Positions 20,721-30,374 of a stretch of 59,494 nt of DNA are shown piece by piece. Source of the stretch: a virus (Duplodnaviria; Caudoviricetes); IMG/VR virus record IMGVR_UViG_3300042991_000196, positions 1-59,494 of that record. The stretch is one strand, 5' to 3'. The notes beneath the pieces were generated by a model. That model searched no databases, was not told where the DNA came from, and was given only the letters and a program-made list of their open reading frames with translations. Each line of letters starts with the position of its first letter. Position 1 is the first letter of the stretch. Made by a program: the position numbers and the translations under genes.

Positions 20721-20731
20721 GGAGATATGTA

Positions 20732-21652
20732 ATGGGAATTATTACAACAAGTAATTTTGCTAAGGATTTGGTGCCAGGTGTAAAAACTTGGTTTGGGCAG
20801 AAATATAAAGAGTATCCGATTGAATACTTGGATGTTTTTGAGAAGACTAATTCAACGAAGGCTTTTGAAGAGGAGGCTGGAGTTACTGGCTTTGGTCTTG
20901 CTGCTGTTAAGACTGAAGGTGCTGGTGTTGCGTATGATGAGCAGGAGCAGGGATTTGTTAGTCGCTATACTCATGTGACTTATGGTCTCGGATTTATTAT
21001 TACTCGTGAGATGTATGAAGATGGTATTGCAGTGACTGTTGCATTGCGTCGTGCGAGCGCTTTGGCATTTTCAATCCGGCAGACTAAGGAGATGGTTGGT
21101 GCAAATGTACTTAATCGTGCATTTAATAGTGCTTATACTATGGGAGCTAATTCTGATGGTAAGGAACTTTGTGCTACTGATCATCCCAATAAGTCTGGTG
21201 GTACTTGGCGGAATGAACTTGCCACTGCTGCTGATTTGAGTGAGGCAGCTCTTGAGCAGGCTTGTATTGATATTGGGGCATTTAAAACTGATCGTGGATT
21301 GACGATTGCGATTATGCCTCAAAAGTTGATTATTCCGTCGGCACTGGAATTTGAGGCTTTTAGGATTTTGGAGTCTATTGGACAGTCTGGAACTGCTAAT
21401 AATGATATTAATGCGTTGCGAGCTTCTAAGAAGTTTCCTCAGGGTGTTAAAGTTAATCATTATTTGACTGATACTGATGCTTGGTTTATTGGGACGAACT
21501 GTCCTGATGGATTGAAGTATATGGAGCGCAGAGCTGATGCGTTTGGAACTGAAAACGACTTTGATACCGAGAATGCAAAGTTCAAAGCTACTTTCAGGGG
21601 TTCTTTCGGATGGTCTGATGCACGGGGAATTTTCGGAAGTCCCGGAGCGTGA
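20732..21652 (+). CDS. Major capsid protein
   Basis: S.KAFEEE..GFG..K.EG..YD, YGLGFIITRE, P.KLIIP, NHYLTDTDAWF, R.SFGWSD.R. Confidence 0.9.
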   Translation: MGIITTSNFAKDLVPGVKTWFGQKYKEYPIEYLDVFEKTNSTKAFEEEAGVTGFGLAAVKTEGAGVAYDEQEQGFVSRYTHVTYGLGFIITREMYEDGIAVTVALRRASALAFSIRQTKEMVGANVLNRAFNSAYTMGANSDGKELCATDHPNKSGGTWRNELATAADLSEAALEQACIDIGAFKTDRGLTIAIMPQKLIIPSALEFEAFRILESIGQSGTANNDINALRASKKFPQGVKVNHYLTDTDAWFIGTNCPDGLKYMERRADAFGTENDFDTENAKFKATFRGSFGWSDARGIFGSPGA

Positions 21653-21738
21653 TAATTTGATATTGTGCGGATAGGATGATATCTCTGATAAGGCAAATTA
21701 CTCATTTGCTTTTCGCATTCCTGAAGCGTGATAATTGA

Positions 21739-21754
21739 CGTTCACTTTTGAACG
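21739..21754. promoter_or_regulatory. YGTTCA-N4-TGAACR palindrome copy 3
   Basis: cgttcacttttgaacg, flanked by ataatt/aattat. Confidence 0.7.
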
Positions 21755-21776
21755 ATAATTATTGGTGATTAAAACT

Positions 21777-21808
21777 GGCGTCAGGAGGAGACAATCTCCT
21801 GACGCTTA
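21777..21808 (+). terminator. Terminator-like hairpin after capsid gene
   Basis: gcgtcagga..tcctgacgc stem; short T tail. Confidence 0.6.
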
Positions 21809-21854
21809 TATTGAGAGTTAAAGATTAAATTTAACATTTGTTTATGAAGGATTT

Positions 21855-22028
21855 ATGATGTTGAAAGAATCTAATGGTAAGTATATTTATCGTTGTGTGT
21901 TTTGTGATGCTATTAAATGTTGTGATGATCCAAGGGCAATTATTTACTGTAATCATAATAATGGATTTAGAGTATTGATGACCAGAAAACCTGCAACAAA
22001 TTTTAAAGATACGAATTTGAGGTCATAA
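21855..22028 (+). CDS. 57-aa Cys-rich protein (not in ORF track)
   Basis: MMLKESNGKYIYRCVFCDAIKCC..; AAGGA RBS; TAATG coupling to next gene. Confidence 0.6.
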   Translation: MMLKESNGKYIYRCVFCDAIKCCDDPRAIIYCNHNNGFRVLMTRKPATNFKDTNLRS

Positions 22029-22381
22029 TGTTTATACCAACATGGTTATTATCATTATTGATTATTCAGTTGTTAGCATTGTTGATTTGGATTTGGAAGA
22101 TGTTATGGAGTAAAGTAGTAAAAATTGAAGATGTACAAGAAAAATGTCCTGCAATGTTTCACTTGAGAAGATCGGAAGATAGGGCATTGGTAACTGAGAA
22201 AATTACTGAGGTGACTGATAAGATTTCACAAATATCGATCTGGCAAGCACATCTTGAAGAAATGATGGATTATAATAAGGCAGAACATTTAGAAATTAAA
22301 CGAATTATGGAAAATCTTGTTAAAGATGTTAAGAGTTTAGAAAAATGTATTAATCTTTTGGCATCTGGTAAAGATTGTTAA
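22028..22381 (+). CDS. Membrane-anchored coiled-coil protein (lysis-associated)
   Basis: N-terminal TM helix, heptad C-terminus. Confidence 0.65.
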   Translation: MFIPTWLLSLLIIQLLALLIWIWKMLWSKVVKIEDVQEKCPAMFHLRRSEDRALVTEKITEVTDKISQISIWQAHLEEMMDYNKAEHLEIKRIMENLVKDVKSLEKCINLLASGKDC

Positions 22382-22397
22382 AGAAATAGGAAGGCAA

Positions 22398-22592
22398 ATG
22401 AGATATCATACTTGCATTGCCACACCTAAAGAGATGATGGTTTATCGAATTGTCTGCGTAGAGTGTGGGCTTTCGACTGAGACAGACAGCGACAAGTGGA
22501 CTCCTGCACAAGGGACGTTTCAGTGCCCACGGTGCAAGGCCAGTTATCCTATTACCCCACATGCCAGAGCAAAAGGAAATTTCTGGGACTAA
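22398..22592 (+). CDS. Small Zn-ribbon protein
   Basis: CVEC..CPRC; GGAAGG RBS. Confidence 0.6.
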   Translation: MRYHTCIATPKEMMVYRIVCVECGLSTETDSDKWTPAQGTFQCPRCKASYPITPHARAKGNFWD

Positions 22593-22594
22593 TT

Positions 22595-22972
22595 ATGGAA
22601 ACAAAACCATTTACGATGACAGGGGAAGAAGGGCGTATTTGTGTATTGGTTGCGCCTGTCGATATTCAATTTCCTACTTTAATTTTGAATAAATTTCCAT
22701 CCTGTTGTGGCGCGGGACAAGGTTTCGGTGACATAATAGTCCCTGAGACTTTATGGGGGCTTAGAGTTAGTGCGGCATGTTTTATCCATGATTGGATGTG
22801 GAACAATGCTGAGTGCACATGGGAATATTTCCATAGCTCGAATGCAATATTCCTGTGTAATATGCTGGAAATTATTGAAACTCAAAGTACTTGGATGCTT
22901 AAACCTTTCCGGCGTCACCGTGCCTGGATGTATTTTGCGGCAGTGGACACTGTAGGGGCATCGGTATTTTAG
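22595..22972 (+). CDS. DUF1353/phospholipase A2-like CxxHD protein (start revised)
   Basis: CGAG..VPETLWG..AACFIHDW..N..F..NM. Confidence 0.55.
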   Translation: METKPFTMTGEEGRICVLVAPVDIQFPTLILNKFPSCCGAGQGFGDIIVPETLWGLRVSAACFIHDWMWNNAECTWEYFHSSNAIFLCNMLEIIETQSTWMLKPFRRHRAWMYFAAVDTVGASVF

Positions 22973-23061
22973 GGGGCGGTGAATGCCTACCTGACCACGG
23001 CTACCACGAAGAAAAAGGGATTTGCGGCTAAACAAGAAACCAAGATCGAAGGAGACTAAAA

Positions 23062-23304
23062 ATGGCAGAAAAAATCATGACCGTGCTGAGCTTGTTTCCG
23101 GCAATTATTACCGCTGTGCGGGCCATTGAAGAGGCTATTCCTGGCAGCGGCAACGGCAAGGCCAAGCTCGGCGTTATCCTTAATTCGGTGCTGGCGGTCG
23201 ACGAGGCGGCTAAAACCATGGTGCCGGTTATCACCAGCGTGGTCGGGGTTGTGGTGGCGGGGTTGAATACCGCCGGGGTGTTCAAGAGTGGCGCGTCTAA
23301 ATGA
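23062..23304 (+). CDS. Putative holin
   Basis: Small, hydrophobic, G.G.AK motif, near endolysin; AAGGAG RBS. Confidence 0.5.
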   Translation: MAEKIMTVLSLFPAIITAVRAIEEAIPGSGNGKAKLGVILNSVLAVDEAAKTMVPVITSVVGVVVAGLNTAGVFKSGASK

Positions 23305-23411
23305 CCTGCCCAAATTGTGGGCGCAGGCTCTCGACAAATGCTACTGAGAGCCAGTGCTGCAGCTATGATGTTAATAATGATGTTAATAATGAGGTTAATA
23401 ATGGCTGTTGA
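23301..23411 (+). CDS. 36-aa Cys-rich micro-ORF
   Basis: MTCPNCGRRL..CC; ATGA overlap with upstream stop. Confidence 0.4.
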   Translation: MTCPNCGRRLSTNATESQCCSYDVNNDVNNEVNNGC

Positions 23412-23928
23412 TAACGACTTTGCACCGTTGCTTGATGCACACGGGCCGGGAGAAGTGAGGAAACCATCAGTCAAGATAAATGTGCCGTTCGATTTTTGGG
23501 AGAAGCTAAAGGCGTGGAGAATCAGGAAGGATCGGCTGGCGAAACAGCTGAAGAATCGATTAATGAAGCGATTAATGAGGCGATTAATGTTGGCTGCGGC
23601 CTTTGCCTTTATGTCCCCCACGTTTGCACAAGCCGAAGACCCGTCTCCTTATAAGGGGATAAATTTCCAGTGGGAGTATGGGGATTATGCAATCCATTCT
23701 GGATTCAATATTTATCAAGTGGGCACGACTGAACCCATCGTGAAGATCACGGATCGGACAAAAAGATACTGTTATCATCTGATGCCTTTAACTATCGGCC
23801 AGTCCATGTGCTTTACCATGGATGCCGTTGATAACAAAGGCAACAAGTCTGAAATGTCAAAGGAGGCATGTATTATCGTTCCTCTGCCCGGCGTTGAGTC
23901 CTTCCTGGTGTTCCCAGGGGTGAAGTGA
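23401..23928 (+). CDS. Protein with internal Sec-type signal peptide and FN3-like domain (start uncertain)
   Basis: MRRLMLAAAFAFMSPTFAQA signal; F.W..GFNIY..F.M.AVD..GN.S FN3-like pattern. Confidence 0.55.
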   Translation: MAVDNDFAPLLDAHGPGEVRKPSVKINVPFDFWEKLKAWRIRKDRLAKQLKNRLMKRLMRRLMLAAAFAFMSPTFAQAEDPSPYKGINFQWEYGDYAIHSGFNIYQVGTTEPIVKITDRTKRYCYHLMPLTIGQSMCFTMDAVDNKGNKSEMSKEACIIVPLPGVESFLVFPGVK

Positions 23929-23941
23929 TGGTTTTAAACAA

Positions 23942-24127
23942 ATGACTGAGACAATCCACTATGAGATGGTAAGGTGTCCGTCATGTGGCAAAAGATGGCT
24001 TGATACAATGGACAATGCTGAATGTATAAGAGTGTATGGATGCTGTCTGCGCTGTCGTTACCAGCCATCCTGCGTGACGGTGGAGTGTGAGATTGAATCG
24101 GGGTTAGATATGGGAGACAGAACTTGA
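23942..24127 (+). CDS. Small Cys-rich protein
   Basis: CPSC..CCLRC; overlaps lysozyme start. Confidence 0.55.
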   Translation: MTETIHYEMVRCPSCGKRWLDTMDNAECIRVYGCCLRCRYQPSCVTVECEIESGLDMGDRT

Positions 24128-24525
24128 AAACATTAATTGATCAACTCAAAGAAGATGAAGGTTTCAGTGCGACCCCGTACAGATGCACGGCAGGACATTT
24201 AACCATTGGCTATGGAGCGAATCTTGACGCAGGAGTCACGAAAGAAGAGGCCGAGGGGATGTTGCGTGTGCGAGTTGATATTATCAATCGTGATCTGGAG
24301 AACGCGTTCCCTGACTGGTACAATGATTTAGACAGGAACAGGCAAGATGTGATTATTAATATGGTTTACAATCTCGGGCTTCAGGGGTTTCGTAAATTCA
24401 AAAAAATGATTCATTGTCTTGAAATAAAGGATTATACCGGTGCAACAATGGAGATGCTGCAATCAAAGTGGGCGAAGCAAGTAGGGAAACGGGCAGACAG
24501 GCTTGCAAAAATTATGAAACCATGA
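24124..24525 (+). CDS. Endolysin, GH24 (T4-type) lysozyme
   Basis: EDEG..PYRC.AG.LTIGYG.NL..MVYNLG..SKWAKQV..RA.RL; TTG start. Confidence 0.9.
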   Translation: MKTLIDQLKEDEGFSATPYRCTAGHLTIGYGANLDAGVTKEEAEGMLRVRVDIINRDLENAFPDWYNDLDRNRQDVIINMVYNLGLQGFRKFKKMIHCLEIKDYTGATMEMLQSKWAKQVGKRADRLAKIMKP

Positions 24526-24656
24526 TGCAAGGATATGACGAAAGAAAAAGAGTTATGCGTGAGGGGAATATAAATGGTCTGGCTATACAGTAAATGGACG
24601 GTGCGGGTGGGCGGCCATGACCACGGGGTGTCGAAAATGGTGAGGGAGGGGTAAAG

Positions 24657-25061
24657 ATGGGCTACTACGTCGCATACGACCGCATAAATGGCAACACCTT
24701 TTTAGGCATGTCACCTGACCCGATTCCGCTTGAAGGTGAGGGGATTTTCGTTCAGTTTTTCGATGAACCCATGCCTGACCTGAACAAGGTAACATGGAGC
24801 AACGGTTCTTGTTTGTTTATGGATTTGCCACCAACAGAGCGGATTATCTCTAAATACCAGTTTTTGAAACGGCTGACCCCTGAAGAGTATGGAACTATTA
24901 AGCAGGCAGCAACCATAAACGCGCAGGTTGGTTATTTCTGGGAGATGTTCGAGAGTGTCAATGAAATTGACCTTGATCTGACAGACACCGTTATGGCGCT
25001 GCAAATGATGGAAACAGGCGGGGTTCTCGGAGTTGGAAGGGCAGCGGAGATACTGAGATAA
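24657..25061 (+). CDS. Putative tail fibre/spike assembly protein
   Basis: ISKYQFLKRLT.EE..GRAAEIL; directly before spike gene. Confidence 0.5.
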   Translation: MGYYVAYDRINGNTFLGMSPDPIPLEGEGIFVQFFDEPMPDLNKVTWSNGSCLFMDLPPTERIISKYQFLKRLTPEEYGTIKQAATINAQVGYFWEMFESVNEIDLDLTDTVMALQMMETGGVLGVGRAAEILR

Positions 25062-25062
25062 C

Positions 25063-28000
25063 ATGGCCACGATTACTACCCCTACCTATCTCGACGGCGG
25101 TACTACCCGTACTGCTGGCGAGGCGATGACCATCAACGGTGCATCGGCAAGCCTGACAACACGCACCGACACCCGTATCCATGCCAATGCTCCCGCATCC
25201 ATGACGGGGAGTATAGGCTCGCAGACGATTACTGAGGGCGAGATTATCTGGGACGGCCAGAATATCCGGCAGATTGATTTTAATTCGGGGACTGGCAATG
25301 TTCCTGCTATTGGCACATCTGTGACGCAGGGCGGGGTGAGTGGCTATCTTCTTGGGGTTTGGGCCTCGAAGACTGCCGCGCCTACTGCGGCTGGTTCGGC
25401 AATGCCGGTGTCAGGGTTTATCAAGTTCCGTGAGGTTACAGGTGGTGCTTTTGTGTCTGGGGCATTGACCGGCATTGGTGCATCTGCCACAGGCGCCGAT
25501 GTGCTGAGCTGGATGGAGATTGCTGCTGATGCAGCGGCTAACTTCACTATTCCGAGGCTTGGGAAACACTCATCCAGAGGCGGTCGGTTCTACCTTGGGG
25601 TTACAGACGGGACAGTTGGCCAGCAGTTTCAGATTCCGACGAATGGTTCCACTGAGCAGTTTGCGCCTGGGGCGTTTGTAGAAAATTCGTCTGGCTCGGC
25701 TGATACGGATGATGATTATACCGCCTGGCCTGCTCTGAATGGGGCTACGAATGGTTGGGCGCATCAACACATTGGCGAGGCGTTCGGGGATACGGACAAG
25801 CGGCAGCAATTTCTCAAGGCTGTTGCCGGTGGCATTATGCAGATGGGTGAGGCGTATCAACAGGCTTCTACATATGCCTCTCTTGCCGCTCAGGCGTCAA
25901 CCTATGCCGGTATATCTCAGTCATGTACCTACACATGGGCAGATAACAAGGTAACGTGCTACATCGCCGCAGGGCATTTTCTTGAGACGGGACAACAGAC
26001 CGGCCTTGACTTTACCTCTGGTGGGGCCACAGCCTATGACGGGATTTATGCTGTTACCGTTATCAGTCCATATCATTTCATGGTCGATCTGACTGGTTCC
26101 GGCCCGGCTGGCAATGTAACCTCAAGGCCCGGAATAACCATCACCTTTGCCTCGCATCTCCAGAATATCGGGGAGATGGTCGATTGTAACTTCACTTCAG
26201 GCACAGGCGTTGACGGGATGTATGAAGTTTATATCGCCTCTACCACCTACGCCATTAAGTACCCTTCCATAGTGGCGATTACCAGTGGCAATGTCTCGGT
26301 GCTTCATTCTTTGACAATCACTTTCACCGCCCACAGTTTGGCGGTTGGTAATAAAGTCTATCTCGACTTTACCAGTGGTGCAGGGGTTGACGGACAGTAC
26401 ACGATCAAGACGGTTGTCGATGCCAATAACTATCGGGTCAATATGGCTCATTCAGCGGCAATAGCGTCAAGCAATGTGACAATGAAGAGGACTATTGGTC
26501 ATATTGCTCCTACTGGATGTAAGGTATGGATTCCAAATATCATCGTGACAGAGGTTGCTACGGCAGCAAGAGCGACAAACACGGTCCCATCCGCAACATT
26601 GGCGAGTCGCCCCGAATGGGTAACAACGTTGGCGGGCGCGATTGACCTTGAGTACTTGTATTGTACAAGTGGGTATTTCAACTTTGGTCAGGCGTATTCG
26701 CTGAGGTTGAAAAACTGTTTTATTTTTGACACTGTTGTTGTTAATGAGACAGCAACGGCCATTGATATAGAGGGATTGGCGACAGGGATGTACGGGGCGC
26801 TTGATACTTACGCACTTAGTTTGAACTCAAATTTTGCTGGCGGACTGATAAAAAGAAGCAGATTTGAACGCGGGAATGTACCTGGTTTGTCAGACCATGC
26901 TATTTACATTGGTTACTGTAAAGACATAACCTTTGATGGCGTTCAGGGTGGAATTATTCAGTATGTACGATCTACTGGTTACATTTGTTCTATTACTTAC
27001 AGTGACAATATAACCCTCAGTAATTTCCGCAGCATTAACAGCTACGTGAATGCTACTGCGTCAAAGGTACTTGTTACCGATTTAGACCATTGTGACCGGT
27101 ACAATGGACGAACGAATATAACGACCGCATACGGGGCTATTTCAATTAATTTAGGTTGTTATGATTGTGTCGTTGATGAGGTCACATTTGGCTTTGGCGG
27201 CACGATACCGGACTGCCATCCTGCGGCCTATGTTGTTGCTGCCGTTGCTGCAACAGACGTGAAGTTCAGGAATATAGGGACTTACAACGCCCCACTGTCC
27301 GGTGGAACCTGGGCACCAAACGTCTATGGATGCAGTCTGGTATTCAATACAAGCGGGAACAACCAAAATATAAAGGTGCAGAGATGTTTTCTTGATAGGT
27401 GCCGTACAGCCCCTTATACATTTATCAACTCTGACAAGGATATGCTCTATGAGCAGGTTATGGCAGGGATGTACGTCTATTCGACAAAAGTAATTCTTAC
27501 GATTGCTCATACCGCCCTGAATGCCAATATTAAGGGGTGTCAAGAAATAGACAGTGTTTTCGGTCAAGCATCTGTATATGGGACGCATTTTGTTGACTTC
27601 TTTATGGCAACCAATTATGGGCGGTTGCTGCTCTGCTTCAATGAACCGACTACCGAGACGACCAGCCAATTCACAATGGTATCAGGCACGGCTAAATTCA
27701 ACTCTTCTGGCGGATTACTAATGGCCGTGGTCGGCAACCAATGTATCTGGGAAATGCCCTATTTTGCCAAGGGGCATACGGGCTTTTACAATACTGTTGC
27801 TGTTATGAGCGGTGGGACGATTGGCAATTACTCCCTTGAGTTCCAGGCTGATACGGGTACGGGGTATAGCGTCTCGTGGCTGGCACTAAATGGAACGAAT
27901 CTCTCGGCCTTGACGGTTAATCCTGCTGTCGGGTTCAAACTCAAAATCAGGATTACCACGACTACGGCCAATACCACGGCGGTAACTTACCTGCGGATGG

Positions 28001-28311
28001 ATACCACCACCACGGCGGCGGCGCAGAGTGCTGATCTTTACCCGCTGGATGTTATCACTACTACCTTGACGGGGCTTGTGGCTGGCTCGGATGCGGTGGT
28101 CTTGTCGCATGGGACAGAAACGATTTTAGCAACGGTCGAAGACAATCCTGCAACTTCCTGGTCTTTTACTTACGAGGCTGCCGAGGCTGTTGACATTGCA
28201 ATCTACAAACCTGGATATTTCCCGCTGACCACAATTTATAATTTTATGTTGAGTGCGACGGACGCAAGCATTCCGGTCGTGCAAGTTCCTGACCCCTCTT
28301 ATTTGGAGTAA
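25063..28311 (+). CDS. Tail spike/receptor-binding protein
   Basis: Thr/Gly/Ala-rich beta protein; three ~45-aa H..G...DFTSG..DG.Y repeats; beta-helix-like middle. Confidence 0.7.
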   Translation: MATITTPTYLDGGTTRTAGEAMTINGASASLTTRTDTRIHANAPASMTGSIGSQTITEGEIIWDGQNIRQIDFNSGTGNVPAIGTSVTQGGVSGYLLGVWASKTAAPTAAGSAMPVSGFIKFREVTGGAFVSGALTGIGASATGADVLSWMEIAADAAANFTIPRLGKHSSRGGRFYLGVTDGTVGQQFQIPTNGSTEQFAPGAFVENSSGSADTDDDYTAWPALNGATNGWAHQHIGEAFGDTDKRQQFLKAVAGGIMQMGEAYQQASTYASLAAQASTYAGISQSCTYTWADNKVTCYIAAGHFLETGQQTGLDFTSGGATAYDGIYAVTVISPYHFMVDLTGSGPAGNVTSRPGITITFASHLQNIGEMVDCNFTSGTGVDGMYEVYIASTTYAIKYPSIVAITSGNVSVLHSLTITFTAHSLAVGNKVYLDFTSGAGVDGQYTIKTVVDANNYRVNMAHSAAIASSNVTMKRTIGHIAPTGCKVWIPNIIVTEVATAARATNTVPSATLASRPEWVTTLAGAIDLEYLYCTSGYFNFGQAYSLRLKNCFIFDTVVVNETATAIDIEGLATGMYGALDTYALSLNSNFAGGLIKRSRFERGNVPGLSDHAIYIGYCKDITFDGVQGGIIQYVRSTGYICSITYSDNITLSNFRSINSYVNATASKVLVTDLDHCDRYNGRTNITTAYGAISINLGCYDCVVDEVTFGFGGTIPDCHPAAYVVAAVAATDVKFRNIGTYNAPLSGGTWAPNVYGCSLVFNTSGNNQNIKVQRCFLDRCRTAPYTFINSDKDMLYEQVMAGMYVYSTKVILTIAHTALNANIKGCQEIDSVFGQASVYGTHFVDFFMATNYGRLLLCFNEPTTETTSQFTMVSGTAKFNSSGGLLMAVVGNQCIWEMPYFAKGHTGFYNTVAVMSGGTIGNYSLEFQADTGTGYSVSWLALNGTNLSALTVNPAVGFKLKIRITTTTANTTAVTYLRMDTTTTAAAQSADLYPLDVITTTLTGLVAGSDAVVLSHGTETILATVEDNPATSWSFTYEAAEAVDIAIYKPGYFPLTTIYNFMLSATDASIPVVQVPDPSYLE

Positions 28312-28317
28312 ACTACT

Positions 28318-29667
28318 ATGGCTATGATTACTGATCCTGACGACTTAATTGTGAGCACCAACATTACAATTAACACAACCGCCAAGACCTTTGACTTTGT
28401 TGAAGCAGGGGGATTGGTGGCAAAAGATGGCGTGGACATGAACGCCCTTTGGTCAAAGTTTGTCGATCTTTGGGCTACTGCCACCTACAAGCCATTCCCA
28501 TTCCCGATGAATAAGGTTGACAATCGGTCGGGACAATATGTGCTTGGTCGTGACCCTGGCGGAAATTACAACGGCTGGAAGCCTGGTACAGACGCATCCC
28601 GTCAGATACTCAGGAATGGCGGCTGGAGGGAGTATAGCAGTGCTGGGGTGCTGAACCGTGAATATTTTGGGGCGGTTCTTCAGGGCGGTGTGTCTTCTGG
28701 CTCGCAGTGCTATTTCCAACGGACTTCAACAGGTGCGCCAGTAAATTACACTTTCACTGATCTGCCCAATGAGGCAATTCAAGTTTTCGGCGATGCGACG
28801 AACGGCAATTTTGACAGTCGGACTTTCTTCAAGAGTTACAACCGGACGTATGGCTACACCTTTGATGATGTTTCTCTGACAGACATTTCCGAGACGGTGA
28901 CTGGGCCTTTTAAGTTGCCATTTGGAATCAACACGTCTGGCGACCTGAACCTGACCGCTGACGATACCGACGTTTTGCTTGATCCTTATGACACCTGCAC
29001 AATCAAGTATGATACAGCGAATACTAATATAACGATTGGCTCTGGCTCTTATCCGTTTAAAAAACATATTACCCATACAGACCTGACCCGTTACCAGATT
29101 TATACCAAAATGCAATATCTCCTGCGGCAGGCAACGGATATTAACACTGGAGGCACTGGCGGCACTGTAACTGGCAAGACCGCCGATCTGATTTGCTGGT
29201 TCGTCGGGCCTACCCTTTACACCAAGGCGTTCTTCACGCCCCTTGCAGAGGACTTGAATGATATTATTTTCATTGATGATAACGGCGTAGAACGAGAGTT
29301 TCCATATGCGTCTGCCGGAACGATGAACTTTAACACTCCACTCACCTCTGGTGCGACTGGTTCATATACCATGTTTTATGCAACTACACCTGGCGGTGAT
29401 GATTACGGCGAGGCATCGGCGGTGATTGTCAAGGACAAGGACAGTGTGGATATTTCCGGGACAATCTCTGGCGCATCAATCGCCTTTACCTTTGATTACT
29501 CTAACAACGTGCAGGGCGGGTATGCTGGGAGCACTGACCGGGATGTTGTTCTTGTGTGGGGCAATCCTGGACAGGCAAAGCCTGGAATATCAACAGGTAC
29601 AATCACGCAGAGCAAGGGTATTGCCATCTCTGCGGTTGCGGAAGTTGACCCATCGTATGTAGCCTAA
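28318..29667 (+). CDS. Virion structural protein
   Basis: Beta-rich; ITDPDDL N-terminus, DPSY C-terminus. Confidence 0.65.
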   Translation: MAMITDPDDLIVSTNITINTTAKTFDFVEAGGLVAKDGVDMNALWSKFVDLWATATYKPFPFPMNKVDNRSGQYVLGRDPGGNYNGWKPGTDASRQILRNGGWREYSSAGVLNREYFGAVLQGGVSSGSQCYFQRTSTGAPVNYTFTDLPNEAIQVFGDATNGNFDSRTFFKSYNRTYGYTFDDVSLTDISETVTGPFKLPFGINTSGDLNLTADDTDVLLDPYDTCTIKYDTANTNITIGSGSYPFKKHITHTDLTRYQIYTKMQYLLRQATDINTGGTGGTVTGKTADLICWFVGPTLYTKAFFTPLAEDLNDIIFIDDNGVEREFPYASAGTMNFNTPLTSGATGSYTMFYATTPGGDDYGEASAVIVKDKDSVDISGTISGASIAFTFDYSNNVQGGYAGSTDRDVVLVWGNPGQAKPGISTGTITQSKGIAISAVAEVDPSYVA

Positions 29668-29679
29668 CTGGTGTAGCGC

Positions 29680-30123
29680 ATGGGGAAGTTCATTTTTGAT
29701 GGGCCGACGAAGAAGATACACCTTGACCCTGCCTATGTGGTGAGCGGGGTGCTGTCTTTCTCGTGCCTGGAGCTCTGGAGCAGGTGGGTGGACTGGCAGG
29801 CGGTCAATCCACAGTACCTTTTTGCTCTGAGCATTATTTATGTGCCGTCGCCTGCCGGCGGATTTATCGGGCCTTACCTCTTCCTGCGGAATGATTTAGG
29901 CTGGGTGGGTGTTCCACCGCCTGTTGATGGTGTATCTATCCAGATAACAGGCGGGGCTTTTTATGGGATGAACGGGGCCTTGCCAGTGATGGAGAATGTT
30001 GTTGGGCAAGAGACTGATATGGTTGTGATGCAGTCGAATATCGTCAACACGATCTCGACAAGCGGGACGGCTGGCCCTACGGCGGCTGAGATTGCAGCGG
30101 CGGTTTGGGGATATACTCGATAA
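29680..30123 (+). CDS. Virion structural protein
   Basis: FDGPTKKI..LWSRWVDW..EIAAAVW. Confidence 0.6.
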   Translation: MGKFIFDGPTKKIHLDPAYVVSGVLSFSCLELWSRWVDWQAVNPQYLFALSIIYVPSPAGGFIGPYLFLRNDLGWVGVPPPVDGVSIQITGGAFYGMNGALPVMENVVGQETDMVVMQSNIVNTISTSGTAGPTAAEIAAAVWGYTR

Positions 30124-30374
30124 TGGATGCCTGGGAAACCTTAACAAGTAATAGCAGTCTTGCACCTGCCGGAAGCTACGATGCTTGGGAACATCTGAAC
30201 GCACAGGAAGGTGGAATTGCAACCATTCTTGTCGATGAATACCTTCTCACCATGGAGGATGATATGCCTAATCTCGTAATTGAAGATGGTGGGTTTGAAT
30301 TAGAACTTGACGACACTGGCCTTGAAATGACCGTTGATGATACTGATTATTACATTGAGGTGTGCCATGAGTGA
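30123..30374 (+). CDS. Acidic hypothetical protein (start revised)
   Basis: TAATG coupling; DAWE repeated. Confidence 0.55.
   Translation: MDAWETLTSNSSLAPAGSYDAWEHLNAQEGGIATILVDEYLLTMEDDMPNLVIEDGGFELELDDTGLEMTVDDTDYYIEVCHE

Noticed and set aside
21660-21720. Hammerhead ribozyme or tRNA
   Set aside because: CTGATAA plus stem lacks the GAAA core; no cloverleaf or T-loop; no tRNA recognised in the window
22970-22972. TAG stop-codon recoding
   Set aside because: terL and the genes ending at 18367, 30720 and 32640 stop at TAG at sensible positions; long genes are unbroken
23028-23621. 197-aa minus-strand ORF and similar antisense ORFs
   Set aside because: Shadows of plus-strand genes that have good RBS and motifs
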